A DNA stretch of 56,819 bases, counting the filler, from Sphacelaria rigidula (lineage: Eukaryota), in the NCBI GenBank assembly GCA_964200075.2. It is 7 parts of 7 records of this genome, joined end to end, with 100 filler letters (N's around TTAATTAATTAA, not from the genome) between each part and the next. Parts side by side here need not be neighbours in the genome. Positions count along the whole stretch, not along the records: positions 8,133 to 16,164 come from CAXNAA020012570.1; positions 16,265 to 24,295 come from CAXNAA020012571.1; positions 24,396 to 32,426 come from CAXNAA020012572.1; 4 more parts are not named here. One strand, given 5' to 3'. The notes below the pieces were generated by a model, which had not been told where the DNA came from, did not search any database, and saw nothing but the letters and a program-made list of their open reading frames with translations. The position numbers and the translations under genes were made by a program. Shown here one piece after another: positions 13,334 to 26,207 of this stretch (its first letter is position 1; every line of letters begins with the position of its first letter).

Positions 13334-13809
13334 CTCTTTCACGATCACACACACATACTCCATATTCCACACTTCTGCCACCTCCGGGCTACCTTTTTCT
13401 TACCCACTCTTACCCTCTTCTTCTTGTTGTTGTCTCTTCTCCAATTACCCTCTTATCCCAAACCACTCTCCGTTTCTCCAGCCTTTCTTTGGCATCTGGT
13501 CACGTGACTCTTCCTCGCCCCTTGCTAGCCTGTATAGCCGCGGCTAGACACAATTATGTTGAATTGAGAATAATTGTGTCTAGCCGCGGCTACAGGCCTA
13601 CAAGGGGCGAGGAAGGGTTGCGTGACCAGATACCAAGGAAAGGCTGGAGAAACGGAGAGTGGTTTGGGATAAGAGGGCAATTAGAGAAGAGACAAGAAGA
13701 AGAAGAAGAAGAAGAAGAAGAAGAGGGTAAGAGTGGGTGAGAGACAGGTAACCCGGAGGTGGGAGAAGAAGTGTGTAATGTGGGGTGTGCATGTGTAATC
13801 GTGAAAGAG
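13334..13809. repeat. Long inverted repeat (~225-240-bp arms, 12-nt spacer)
   Basis: 13334-13557 is the imperfect reverse complement of 13570-13809. Inner ends tagccgcggctagacacaattat / ataattgtgtctagccgcggcta are perfect. Spacer is gttgaattgaga. Confidence 0.92.
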
Positions 13810-13918
13810 AGAGCGGTAGCCAAAAGACGACCGCGGCGGAGGGAAACAGGAGAGTCGTGCAGATTTGATGTTCTCAGCGGCCCGTTTTTTTTAATTGAGC
13901 CGCCTCTATATCAGGAAC

Positions 13919-15142
13919 ATGCAGCGATAACAGCATCACCAGCAGCTGCAGCAAAGACAACGTCAGTCGCAGCAGCAACGACATCAACAGCAGCAGCAAC
14001 GACTCCAGCAGCAACATCAACGATTTCAACGGCAAACAGTCTACCCACCGCAGCAACGGCAACAGCTACACCCACAGCAGCAAGAGCAACAGCTTTGCCA
14101 GCGGTATCAATCACGCCGGTCATCGCCCAAAAAAGAGATCGGCGGACCATACGACTGTGGCTCCAATGCCACTGGGTGGTATGAACCTACAACTGAGCAT
14201 TCACCCAAATCGCCGATGGGAGAAGTACGTTGGTATAAGAGATGCGGAAGGCTCGGGTATCTGGACAAGATTTGCGGCACATCCAGGCGATACGAAGGTA
14301 ACTGCAAATGTTGTGGCCAGTGCGGACATCGCCAGCAATTATGCATCGCCCATCACAAACAGCTGGAGAGGAAGACTGCATGGTCGAGCGGACAGCAGGA
14401 ACACATCCAATGGGATAGTTGTGGCCAGTTTGGGCATCGCCGGCACTTGTGCATCATCTATCAGAAATAGCTGGAGCGAGCAGTGGATGGAGCAAAGCGT
14501 GCGCGGATGGAACATATCTCACGTTTGGAGCAAGCAGCAGCGACAGCAGCAGGTACACCAGTGTACGCAGCGAAGCGACCAGCGGCCGCCACGCCTGCGG
14601 AACGACAACCGGTCGAGCTCAACCTAGAGGCAGGGGACAGCGGTAGCTCGCTTGCGCTGGAGGAGTTGGCTTCAGGGAGTTCACTGCCCGTGTTCGAGGT
14701 GGAGTTTGCGCTGGAGGAGTTGGTTGAAGGGGAGCCGCTGCTGGTGTTCGAGGGGAACTCGGACGGCCCGGTGCTCGAGGCGGAGCTTCCGCTGGGGGAG
14801 TTGGTTGAAGGGGGGCTGTCGCCGGCGTTAGACGGGAACTTGGACGGCCCGGTGTTCGAGGCGGAGCTTCCGCTGGAGGAATTGGTTAAAGGGGGGCCGC
14901 TGCCGGTGTTAGATGGGAACTTGAACGGCCCGGTGTTCGAGGCGGAGCCTCCGCTGGGGGGATTGGTTAAAGGGGGGCCGTTGCCGGTGGTAGGCGGGGA
15001 CTCAGACGATGATTTTAGCAGCTACAACAGCAGCAGTAGCGGCAACAACGGGAACCAGGCGAGAATACCCGCCTTCCCTTTCGACAGGGAAAAGCGGTCG
15101 TCGCAGAGCGCGAGACGCGCGAGGGGGGTATTTTTGGTGTAA
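13919..15142 (+). mobile_element. Internally deleted LTR-retroelement-like remnant: Q-rich gag with three CCHC knuckles followed by an 81-bp coding repeat
   Basis: YKRCGRLGYLDKIC, CKCCGQCGHRQQLC and WDSCGQFGHRRHLC (14216-14470). ORF 14483-15142 has about four GPVFEAELPLEELVKGGPLPVLDGNLD units. No INT or RT visible. Confidence 0.6.
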
Positions 15143-15855
15143 CACGCCCATTTGATCGGGGTAAAGACTTCGGCGATTGCAGCATGAAGGGTGGCCGGCT
15201 TCGTGCTGGGGGGTTGTGTGTTTGGAGTGACGGCGGGTGCAGCCACAGCTGCAGCATAAGTTGGGGAGGGAGGGACTGCTCACCCTTCAGCAGCAGCGGC
15301 CGTTGAGACGAAGGAATTTCAAACCGGATCAGGCACGTCTGGTGATTGGTGGGAATGTTTCTTGTAGTGTTTGGGTGTTGTTTTGTTTTGATTTGTTTTG
15401 ATTTGATTTGGAATTACGATTCTGCAGGAAACTGCATCGATTTTTTTACGCTCAACACAAATTTTGTTTTGACGGCTCATGTGATAAAATCTGCGGTATG
15501 CACCAGCAATTGAAGTGTGGTTGATGTTGTGCACTTTGTATGTTTGTTTGAGTTTCTTTGCAAGAAAGGATAGGCCGTCCAATCTGGTAATTTCTTATTT
15601 GCGTTGTGGTGAAATACAGAGACGTAATTTTGCTCTGCTCACCACAACATCACTGCTGTGCACACAACAGCAATTTTGCGCAACATTGACATCACTGCCT
15701 TTCGTTTCGTCTTTGGTTGGATTTGAGGTCTTGAAGGAGACGGTTTCGAGCGACTCGCCTCATTTCCAGCTTGGATAATTTCTTCGTTTTTGGTTGGATT
15801 TGAGGTCTTGAGGGAGACGGCTTGGAACGACACACCTCATTTCTAATCTTAGTGT

Positions 15856-15887
<32 letters not shown>

Positions 15888-16164
15888 TGCTTGTGTGCAA
15901 TGGACTGACATTGATTGTGGGTGCTGCTATATTCTGCTTTGAAGAATCACGGGGGGGGGACTTGAGTGTCATGATTCTGCACGCAGTATTAGCAGCGTTT
16001 GGATTTGGTGATTCGGTGTAGTTTGATGTTTTGCCCAAAAGAGTTTGGCGTTGATCCTCCTTGTGTGCAGAGCCGGGGGGGGGGGGGGGGGGGGATTATA
16101 ACACTAAAAAAACTGTTGGGGGGGGGGGGGGGCGGGAAGTTTGAAAACACCGGAGGGGAGAGGG

Positions 16165-16264
16165 NNNNNNNNNNNNNNNNNNNNNNNNNNNNNNNNNNNN
16201 NNNNNNNNTTAATTAATTAANNNNNNNNNNNNNNNNNNNNNNNNNNNNNNNNNNNNNNNNNNNN
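16165..16264. other. Artificial 100-bp contig linker
   Basis: Same N44-TTAATTAATTAA-N44 structure. Confidence 0.97.
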
Positions 16265-16389
16265 TATTCGGGACCCGAATTGTGCGGGTTATCGCACTAT
16301 AAAGGACAAAAAACATATAGTGCGCGAGGTCGATATAGTGCGGGTCAAAAGCCGTGTCACATACCCGCACTATATAGGCCCCCCTACTG
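16265..16389. mobile_element. Right end of a pogo/Tc1-like element (same family as 21395-22126), truncated by contig start
   Basis: Ends tacccgcactatataggccccctactg|TA; contains cgcactata subterminal motifs; abuts the family B LINE RT. Confidence 0.8.
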
Positions 16390-16390
16390 T

Positions 16391-18489
16391 ATGTCGAACG
16401 GCAAAGCAACCGGTCTGGATGGTATTCCTGTTGAAATCTTGAAGCTTGGACTTGATGGGAGGCGTCGAACACTCTGTACCACTTCAACTGCATCGTTTCT
16501 GCGGTATGGGCATGTGGCGAGGTGCCGCAAGAATGGAAGATCAAAGTGCTTTACAAAAAACAAGATAGGACCCAGCGTAGTAACTACAAAGGCATTTCAC
16601 TTGTTGCACATACTGCTGAAACTCTCCTCAAAATCGTAGCCAACAGACTCCGTACTATTTATGAGGAAACAGATGTCTTCCCGGAGGAGAAGTGTGGATT
16701 GACGACAGACGTGACCCTCGCAGTACGCCAACTCTAGGAATTGGGACGGGCGAGCAACGTCGCAAAAAATATGTGCTTTATCGATCTTGCAGAAATCATA
16801 CGATTCTGTAGACCGCACGCTCCTGTGGAGAGTGCTTACTCGGTTCGAAGTCCTATCGCGAATGATGACGGTCATCCGATTGTTTCACAACGGTATGCGA
16901 GCTCGGGTACAGCTAAATAGTGGCGAACCATCAGCGTGGTTCCACGTATGCCAGTGACTCAGATAAGGTTGCGTTTCGTCTCCGCTGTTGCTCAACATCT
17001 TCGGAGCAGGACTGGTGAAAGTGATCGTTCAGTGGTTTGCAGCGGACCCAGTCATTGTCTCAAACTTGGTCTTTCTAGATGATGCGCCACACGGTGACGG
17101 TGGTGAACCCATGGAAGAGACACCGCTGGAAAAAGTGCGACGTGCGGTGTGGCCTATGCTTTATGCGGACGACGCTGGCATAGCCTTTGAAGACCGCAGA
17201 AGGCCTTGCTCGAATGATGGCCGTGGTAGTGATGACCTGCCAGGAATTCCGCTTGATGATCTCCAAGAGCATTACAGAGTTCATGCGCCTTTGATCAGTA
17301 CCCAGTCCCACGGAGGCCGCCCTGGATATCAAAGCTGCCGGTCAACGGTATAAGCAGACGGGAACATTAATTTACCTTGGTGGAGCTATCAGCGCGGATG
17401 CAAAAATGTCCGTCGATATCAACCGCCGTATCAGCGCGGTGTGGGCGGGTATCCGAAAATATGCTTCCAACTCTACGACCGACCCAACGCCGAGATGTCC
17501 TCCAAGTTCGACTGCTTAAAGCGGAGGTGGTGAACGCTTTGTTCTATCGATGTGCACATGGACGCTACGTTCTAGACTTCGACAGTCTGCGGGCTGCCCA
17601 TCACAAGCTCTTGCTGAGAGTGGTTGAATTCCGCTGGAATAATCGAAATGGCTTCAAGACTCTTTCGAACAGAGCGGTGCTCAAGATGACCAACTGCGAA
17701 CATATCGAGACGACTATACGCAAACGCCAACTCTGGTTCGCGGGAGCCCTCGTCCGGCAGAAGGATATACGCCTGCCTGAACGCGTCATGAACGGTCGGC
17801 TTTCTACACGAGGAACCAAGGTGGCCGGCCGCCACCCCAAGCAATGAGAGACTACACTAGATGAGAATCTGCGTGCGCTAGGGGCTGTCCCGCATCAAGC
17901 GGTCCGATGAAAGTGGTTCGTCTACGGTGTAGAAGTTCACGATGCATACGATTGGATCACTGCGGCGAAGAACATAGGCAAATGGCATATTGGAGTCGAA
18001 AAAGGAACGGAAGAGTTTGAGGACACGTGGCGACGCAGGGATAAACGAGAATCAGACCGCCGTCACAAGCGCGAGGCTGCTGCGTCGAGGGTCGCCAATC
18101 GAAGTATCCTGTCTGCTCATATCGGTTATTGATTATATCCTTAGTCGGTGGCTCTGCGGTGCCCACTGGTGTGTGTCTGTATCTGCTCTGATGCCCTGAA
18201 TCCCTCGGGATTTTCTACTTTTTAAATTGTTTTTTCCATTTGTTTTCGTTTCTGCTCATTTCTTGTTTTTGAATCGGCCACTCATTCGGTGCTTCGCTTT
18301 TGTTGACTTTTGTTTTGTTTACGTCTTAGTCTACTTTGTCGTTCGGTTCGACTTTTTTTCTGCTCCTTCGTTTTCTTGAACGGGTGTTTCAGTTTTACTT
18401 TTCTGGGATACGTCTATCATGCGACCACGGTTGGACCCATGGATGGTCAGTCGAAGTGCGATAAGCAATCAAAATCAATAAATCAAATC
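16391..18489 (+). mobile_element. Decayed RTE-like LINE (family B): RT pseudogene, 3' UTR and (aatca)n tail
   Basis: MSNGKATGLDGIPVEILKLGL; KIKVLYKKQDR..NYKGISLVAH; CFIDL..YDSVDRTLLW; GCVSSPLLLNIF; MLYADDAGI; IRKRQLWFAG...LPERVMNG. Frameshifts and stops present. Confidence 0.9.
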
Positions 18490-18504
18490 TCCCGTCGCCC
18501 CCTG

Positions 18505-18900
18505 CAATCGGGTGGGGGACCTAGATCTGCCAGAAAGGAGAAAGAGATATACCAGTCGTCGAAAGCAGGGGGAAGTAAATGGACAGAACTGCCTCTGTGG
18601 CAAAGGAATAGAGAGCAGAAGTCATATAGAGGCAGACTGTGAAATATACAAGGAGGAATGGAACGTGCTAGAGGGGGAAATGCGGAAGGTGAACAAAGGT
18701 GACATGAAATTGTTCGATGCATTAGACAGTAGGGAGAAAACGATGGCTGTACTAGGAGACAGATGGTGACCACAGACGGCGAAACAGGATGGGGATACGA
18801 TATGTAAAATGTTTTTTTGTATTGTGTGGAAGAACCGTAATGAGCTGCGGAACAAACGTAATGAGCGCCGGAATGTTGGAGGTATCTCTAACAAACAGGG
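18505..18900 (+). mobile_element. 3' portion of LINE family A with C-terminal CCHC finger
   Basis: NCLCGKGIESRSHIEADC...YKEEWNVLEGEMR...LGDRW; homologous to 4190-4600. Confidence 0.85.
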
Positions 18901-20737
18901 GGGGTTTAGAGGGGGGGGGGGGGTGTCTGTCCGAAGAGGAGCCGAAAAGGTCACCAAATAGACAATGTGTGTTTGGAACTTCCTCGTGGAAAACTATGAG
19001 CCGTGCACGAAGCTCGAGAGGCGCGGAATGCCCAGTCTGACCAATCACGGTCGTCAAAATGAGCACGTTCTTCCGGTTCGGCTGAACTACATTGGACCAA
19101 GACCGTGTTGTACAAAAGAACATCTACTCGAAAACATGCGGTCGAATTGAATTGGTGGCTACGAGGCCGTATCAGATACGTCCACGGTGTTTATGTTCTG
19201 AGATGGTTTCAATTCCATTTTGAATTTAGCAGCGCGGGACGGGCAGGGTGAAAAACAGAAAAGCTTAGCTTTTCCGAACAAAACGAGCGGCAGAATGAAT
19301 GAAGGGAAATGTAACTCCTATGTTGCAGTCAACCGTGCCAGATACCACCGTTCCACAGAACTACGCAAAACCCGAAAGGTTCATTCGCAGCTATCTACTC
19401 AATCCTGCGGCATAGATCACGAACAGAGCACAGGGATACATGCACTGCAGTGACTGGAAATCGACACCACGACTCTTTTGGCATATTGTGCTTCATTTTT
19501 GTTGGTGAAAACCTGGCAATCTTGTTTTGTGGCAGGGTCCACCGACGGAGTTACGTGTTGGGGTGGGCGATCGGACCGCAAACGCGCTCATTGGCAGTAG
19601 AGGCGGTGCAAAACTGCACGCGGATCGCAGCTGCTTCGCATCCTCCTGTATGCAGGGAGTCAGAAAGCTGTGCTGCCCGTAGGCTGTATATCGCGTCGCC
19701 CGCTTCTTTTGCACATCACGCCAGCATGCTGTGCGAAACACACACGATCTAGACAGTACAGGCAGCCACCGTTGTACAGTCTGTACTGTCTGTACTGTCT
19801 GTACTGTTCTGTCTGTTGAATATAAGTGAAGCAGTGTTGCTTACTGCACAAACTTGCTTGGCCTTTTCGATTCAAAGCGTGCAAATTCGCTCGGACCCAA
19901 ACACAGCAAAGCGAACTGAATCTGTTCCGCCGCACGCACTCGTTAGAGTCAAACCTCTTTTCACAATACACGGCCTAACTCGATGTCCACCCCCACGACT
20001 CATTTTGGTTATAGGAAATCAATCATAGGTTTCATGGGTACAAGAATAACTTCTTTTGTTTTCTGCTCGTGGTCTACGCCGCCCGCCTGACCCCTCATGT
20101 GCTGCCAGCATAGCGTTACACCGTCTGTAGCGTTGTTGTGTAGAGGCATCAGCAGCATGCAGTAAATTGTGTTTCAGTGGAGAGTGACGATATCGATTAT
20201 ACTGTCTCCTCCCGTTGTATTCAGTGAAGAAATACAGCACACATACAGTACATATCAACTCTGCTCGAAATTGACTGCAGGGTCAACAACGGCCAGTGGT
20301 TCTCCGGGACTGTTTTCAATACAAATGACAAATATCCACATGTTTATAGAAAAGGTGCTTGGTGTGGCGAGAGAAGAGCAGTTCCGAACCTCAAATGTGG
20401 CAGAGTCCAGCTCAATCCCCTGCGGGGGTGTTGCTGCCTAAGGGTTACCCCTTACACCACGGTGCGGATAGTCCACCTGGATCACGCACACTTTTTCTAA
20501 ATGAGATTGATGCCGATTCAGCACCTGACCTACCCTAACGATGAAAAGGATTGACGAGTTCATCGGAGGTATTCCTTGCACGGAATAGCGAGCCGCGTGT
20601 GCATATACATGCATCGTTGTTGAACAAGAGCCCTTGACGAAGGGTTGAAAGAAGAAAATGCTGAAGACGACTCGAAAAAGCAGAGTAACGTTGCGAGGCA
20701 CAGGAGATGGGAGAAAGATATACAAAGGAACTTAACG

Positions 20738-21172
20738 ATGAATATGTAAGGGTATGCGCTTAGATGCAAAGACAACACACACCTCATGGTTTGGGTCGCT
20801 GCCGATCCGGTCGAGTTGTAAACGATGTCCCAAACGGGGGGCTCTCGATTCCTGCCATGTGTCGAAGATCTCCTTACGCAAACAGGTTCACGAGTTAATT
20901 AACCAGGCTGGAGATTTGGGGACAGCTCGAATTCGATCACGTGCTTTCACACCGCCGATGAACATGTAAGGGTATGCGCATAAATGCAAAGGCAACACAC
21001 GCCTCGTGGCTTGGATCGCTGCCGATTCGATCAAGTTGATAGCGATGACCCGAACGGTGGGCTCTCGATCCCTGCCATGTGTCGAAGATTTTCCTACGCA
21101 AAGCTTCACGAGTTAATAAACCAGGCAGGGGATTTGGGGGCAGCTCGTATTCGATCACATGCTTCAACACCC
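20738..21172. repeat. Tandem duplication, ~220-bp unit x2
   Basis: gatgaa(t/c)atgtaagggtatgcgc...cacgagttaat..ccaggc.gg.gatttgggg.cagctcg.attcgatcac occurs at 20738 and 20957. Confidence 0.9.
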
Positions 21173-21394
21173 CCCCTTCACCTCAGCCACGGACAGCGTC
21201 GGCACGCACAAGCGAAGACACCGTAGGAAGCAGCAATATACCTGAACCTTTTTGAGGGTGGACGAAGTGACACGGGGAGCCGGCTGCTGCGTGTGATGCC
21301 TCCAACCTCCAAAAGTAACCTCCAACGATGCCTCGATTGAAGTTGCGACAATCAAGTCTGAGAAGTTCAATCAAGGCTCGCCCTGCTCGAAATA

Positions 21395-22126
21395 CAGTAG
21401 GTGGCCCTATATAGTGCGGGTATGTGTCACCATAATTTACCCGCACTATACCGGGTACCCGCACTATGTAAAAACCGTCCTGATTAGTGCTCTTTACCGC
21501 ACTATTCAGGGTTCTAAGAACACAATAGTGTAGAAAGGCGCACTATTGACGATTATACTAGTTTAAAGGAAACGAGGCAGCCATCAGCGAGGTGTATGAA
21601 GGCATACAGGGTGTTGGATGTGTTGTCTACACGGATAGGAACCTGCGCCTGTTCGTGATGCGAAGAGGACAGCATATCGCAGCGGTGAATACAGTATCCG
21701 CATCCTGAACACGGGTGAAACGACAGTACAGCAGGACAGTACGGACCATGGGGGGCTACTGGTGTTTGGGTGTTGAGTTGGCAGAGTTCGCCTGCTGCAC
21801 AAGGCATCGTATACCTCTCCGCTGTTCTCGTGGCCACCAGGGGTCTGCTGCTAGGTGGTAGGGGTACAGTGCTGTACCATTGGTGGTTGTGTTTTGTGCG
21901 TGATTTGTGCGTGTATGTGCGGTGGTTTGACCCCATTTAGGGCGGGGGTGACGTCACACCCGCATTATATAGGGTCGTGGAGTGAACCAAACCCGCATTA
22001 TAGATACAACCCCTCTATAGTGCGGTAACCGCACTATAGAGAGATCTAAGTCGTGCCAAGTGATTTCACCCGCACAGTATCCGACACCCGCACTGCATTA
22101 CCCGCACTATATAGGGCCACCTACTG
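21395..22126. mobile_element. Non-autonomous Tc1/pogo-like DNA transposon (732 bp)
   Basis: Perfect 28-bp TIR cagtaggtggccctatatagtgcgggta / tacccgcactatatagggccacctactg, TA on both sides, multiple cccgcactata subterminal repeats. Confidence 0.92.
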
Positions 22127-23774
22127 TAGAGGTCGAATTGGGGTGTTGTTGAGAGCGCCCAGAGACAGGGACGGGACGCAACGCCATGAGCACCAATGAA
22201 GCTGAAACTTGTTGAGAGCGTCTCGGATGATGTTCAAAAAGCGATGGGATGGGGTTTTCGCGGGACGCGACTTCGAACTTCGAAGCGATTCGCGAAAAAC
22301 GTGCGTGGTTCGAAGCTTCGTAATGATGCCCGCACGGACACTTTTTGTATTTAGTATCAGTAAAAGCCTTTTCAGCCCTGAGGGCCTCGAAGGAACTATA
22401 CTGCGTCATCGAGACAGCTTCAAATGGAGCATCTAGTCGTCGGCTCACTTTTACTTAAGCCACATGGCACCGAAGCCTCATTCACGTCTTTCAGTGGACC
22501 CACCCGTCGTGAGACACCCATCTGTCGCAATGGGCACTGGAGGGTGATAAATGTGACGACGGTTTGTTCCCATCCCCTCTTGTAACACGAATATGTTTGG
22601 AGTCCGAGCATGTCCATGAAATGAAAACCCATGTCCACGGAATAACAAATAATACACTTGCACAAGGCGAGTCATTCATCCGCCAAAAATTGCGGAACAA
22701 TGGCATCCGATAAATCAAACTCCTTAAAACATGACGAGGTTGTCGACCAACATCCGCCCAGCCCACATCACGCACCCATCGACTGTTTATACTCCACTCA
22801 TCTGTGCAAGGGACGTCCTCGTTCAAGTTCAACGGTACATATGGCTCTGTCACATACTGAGCACGTACATGATGTTGGCCCAATTTCGATCCTCATCCCC
22901 CCAAAAATTGTTCGGTTCTACATATATATATATATATATGGGTATCTGGGGGTTCGTCTGAGGTAGATGCAGGGGCACTTGGTGCTACTGGTGTCTCAGC
23001 GCCCTGGTTTTGCGGATCCCTTGGGAGCTACTGCGCAAAGTTAGCGACGTTGTCTGACATGTCCTCTGGGTGATCAAGGCGATAGACGTTATTCGCCAGC
23101 ACTTAAGTAGAGTATTTTGCGAGCTACGTGCGCAACTGCGACTGCTGGGACGACGAGACATGGGCTACGACGCAAGACGTGGCTTAGAGCGTCAAAATAT
23201 CGGCTGCATTGCGTTTGATTCCGATCCCCCGGCCCATTTTTTCCCTCTTCAAGCATGATTTCCGTTGTTCCTCATATTTGCATACCGCTGCGTCGCTTTT
23301 CGTCCGCGCTTGCGATACGCTGGAATGCCGGTGACAGCCACGTTGGGGTTCTGATTCGGGAATGCAGTCCGGTTTTTCTCGATGTGAATTTTGAATTCAT
23401 GTCGTCCTCTTCCAACGACGTACGACGCATTTCACCCGACGAGCCCGGATAAGGCGCTAAACTCGTTATGTTCGGGTCAGTTTATTATTTTCGTCGGCGA
23501 CACATTTTTTGCCCATTTTGGAAGGTCAGGTGCACCCAAAGCTGTGCCATATGTTCCGTTCCCCTCGCTCCGGAACCATCTTGGCCTCTTGCGTACACAT
23601 CTCAAATTGGAGGCCGCCTCACAGGGAGCGCAACCCGGTCCATGCCGCTACTATATAGAGTCATGAGCCTAAAAAGAATACCCCCTCCCATCGCAATTTT
23701 AATTCAGACAAGATGAATTCGGACATCTGAGCCTGGAAATACGTACCGGAACTTCAAGAAAAGGCTGGGTTATA

Positions 23775-24295
23775 CTTTCTCTGTCCCACTAGTCTGGGGA
23801 GTTATGAGCGCGTGATTGTTTGCGCACTTATACTTTTCCGATCATCCTATAGTTAGGCTCGTTGGAAAGATGAAGTCTCAACGAAGCTGATGCAAAAATC
23901 AAGCCGGCTGTCCACACTAAAATGAAGTCAAAATTTGCCCATTTTGGCCCATTTTTGATAATATATTTTGATATCTTTTTTGAGAATTTGTTTGAAAACT
24001 CGTGTTCACCAGTCCTAGACCTAGCCCACAGACAACACAATACCATGTACTTGCCCCCAAATCCCCCCCCCCCGTTGCAAGGGCGGGGAGCTATCCGTGG
24101 GCCGCCGCATTGATATCGCGGTGGAGGTTGCGAGGACAAGTAATCGTTTGTTTTCCCCTGGGGACACCCAAACGTCTGACACTTTCTACGATATAGCCCC
24201 CTCCCAAAACCAGCTAAAAGTGTCACGAAAAAATTGGCCATACAGCGCCTGATGTTCGGGCTCAGGATGCATAAACCGTCTCATACTGGCGACAT
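23775..24295. mobile_element. Stowaway-like MITE left part (truncated by contig end)
   Basis: TA|ctttctctgtcccac start; internal ggctcgtt.ga.agat....acgaagctga and cccattttggccc are shared with 56602-56819. Confidence 0.65.
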
Positions 24296-24395
24296 NNNNN
24301 NNNNNNNNNNNNNNNNNNNNNNNNNNNNNNNNNNNNNNNTTAATTAATTAANNNNNNNNNNNNNNNNNNNNNNNNNNNNNNNNNNNNNNNNNNNN
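24296..24395. other. Artificial 100-bp contig linker
   Basis: Same N44-TTAATTAATTAA-N44 structure. Confidence 0.97.
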
Positions 24396-24439
24396 GGAAA
24401 CACCTCAGTTGTAAATCCTCAGTTTTCCATCAACGGTTC

Positions 24440-24665
24440 CAAAAGGGTTAAAGGTCGACGAGCGAAGGGGATTGTTGGACTCCTCTCGCGATAAAAAAGA
24501 GAGGCAAGCACCGCAGAAGGAAGGTGGGGTACTAAAAAACAAACAAAAAAGAAAAAGCTCCTGTGTTGACGTTCCTCCTGTCTCACCCCGGCTGATGCGC
24601 CCACATATACCGCAAGGTGTAGACCGGCGTCCAGAATAGATGGGACGACAACACACACACACACG
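24440..24665 (+). mobile_element. 3' body of the tRNA-headed SINE family
   Basis: Aligns with 34880-35095 (gcaccgcagaaggaaggtgggg...cctgtgttgac...gcgcccacatataccg.aaggtgtagaccggcg...acaacacacac). Confidence 0.8.
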
Positions 24666-25601
24666 GTGGTCACAAAGAGCAACACACGCCATCTGTTCGA
24701 CAAGCGTGTCACCGAAGGGCGCGTCACACTGCAGTATTGATAGTAGAGCGGGCTGCATTGCATCGGTCACATTCACTGTTCAAGCGTGCGCTCTGTTAGT
24801 TTCACGAAGCAAGCGAGCATGAAGAACATGCGTATCCATGCTGAATAAATAATCTGTACTAGTGGTAAGCTACGGTTGACGCGCGTGGCAGCAGGCCGCA
24901 GTTATGAACACTACGGGTCTCGCACGCGAGGAAGTTTTGAGAAAAATGGCGAAATAAACATAACCGACCCCGACGTTATCCATGATTCATTGGTATGGGT
25001 AGGTAAGGACTTCCAACCCTACGTTTACCCGTAACCAAACCGGAAGAAGAAAGCCTGGCCGTGCTGGCGCCACCCCTCCAACGACATGAACAAAAATTGT
25101 AACAACTGCATTATGACAAGAATAATGGCCACACAGTGATGTTTGATAACAGTAGTTGTCCATTGTAAAATAATCACATAATAACCAACATTGATGAGAT
25201 GGTCTTGCAGGCTTGTGAATTAAAATAGCAATAACTGATGAAAATAAAGGCGCGCGCGGGGGGGGGGGCGACGACTATCCCGACGTGAAAAAACAGTGCC
25301 GTGAAACAAGACCACCGGCGGGGAAGAAAAATACCGCCTAGTAAGGATTTAAACCCGCGACCAGGCATAAGGGAGAGACGCTGTTCTTCATTCACCAACA
25401 TGGATCGCACGATCTGTGTTCTCTGCTCAATTTTAAGCACTGTACTAAAATTCAAAACTCACAGGGTGAGGAAGCGACTCGTTCTCGTTTTTTTGTCTAG
25501 CCGCGCGTAAGGATGCTGTTCTCTATTCAACAACATGGATCGCACGATCTGTTTTCTGTGCTCAATTTCAAGTACTATAGTATATATAGTACACATAAAT
25601 G

Positions 25602-26207
25602 CTTGCCCTGTCCCATGGGTGAAGTTCGTTATGGGGGGGTAGGCCGTACCTCGCCAACGGAGTTGCTTACGATGTTATGGGTACGTTCGTTAAAAATATA
25701 TGTTTGTGGAGATGGCCACTGGAAAAAACAAAAACAAGATAACCGACCTACAACCTTAGAATCGTGGGGTCAAACATGGTCACGTGTCGACGAATTTTTC
25801 GTCAATCTGTACACTGTCGGCCGAATTTCGACGAATTTCGCCTGTTTCGAAGTAGTTGGAGGCTGCAATGTAAACAAGTGGTTTCGGACCAGGCGTAGCT
25901 ATCGTATGCCAGCGATGAACCGGAGACGAAGAGCAATCTAAACGTTTTCGTCACAATTTTTGCCGTTTTTGGGGTTTCCAGAGTTCTTCCTTGTGTCATG
26001 GAAAAGGGGCGACAGATGGCCACATTTTCGAGCCGACTGATCGTTGATGGGCCATTGGCGCACGCTGGCTGCTACGCAAACAGGAAACAAAAAGAGGCGA
26101 TTCAACTGAAAAACCCTGAATATTTAAAATAAAATATCGCCTACGGCCTTGGACACAGTTATGGGTCCGTGTGATCATAACGGACTTTGCTTATGGGACA
26201 GAGGGAG
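25602..26207. mobile_element. Stowaway-like MITE (~606 bp)
   Basis: Left cttgccctgtcccatgggtgaagttcgttatg versus right cataacggactttgcttatgggacagagggag|TA (reverse complement ctccctctgtcccataagcaaagtccgttatg). Confidence 0.7.
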
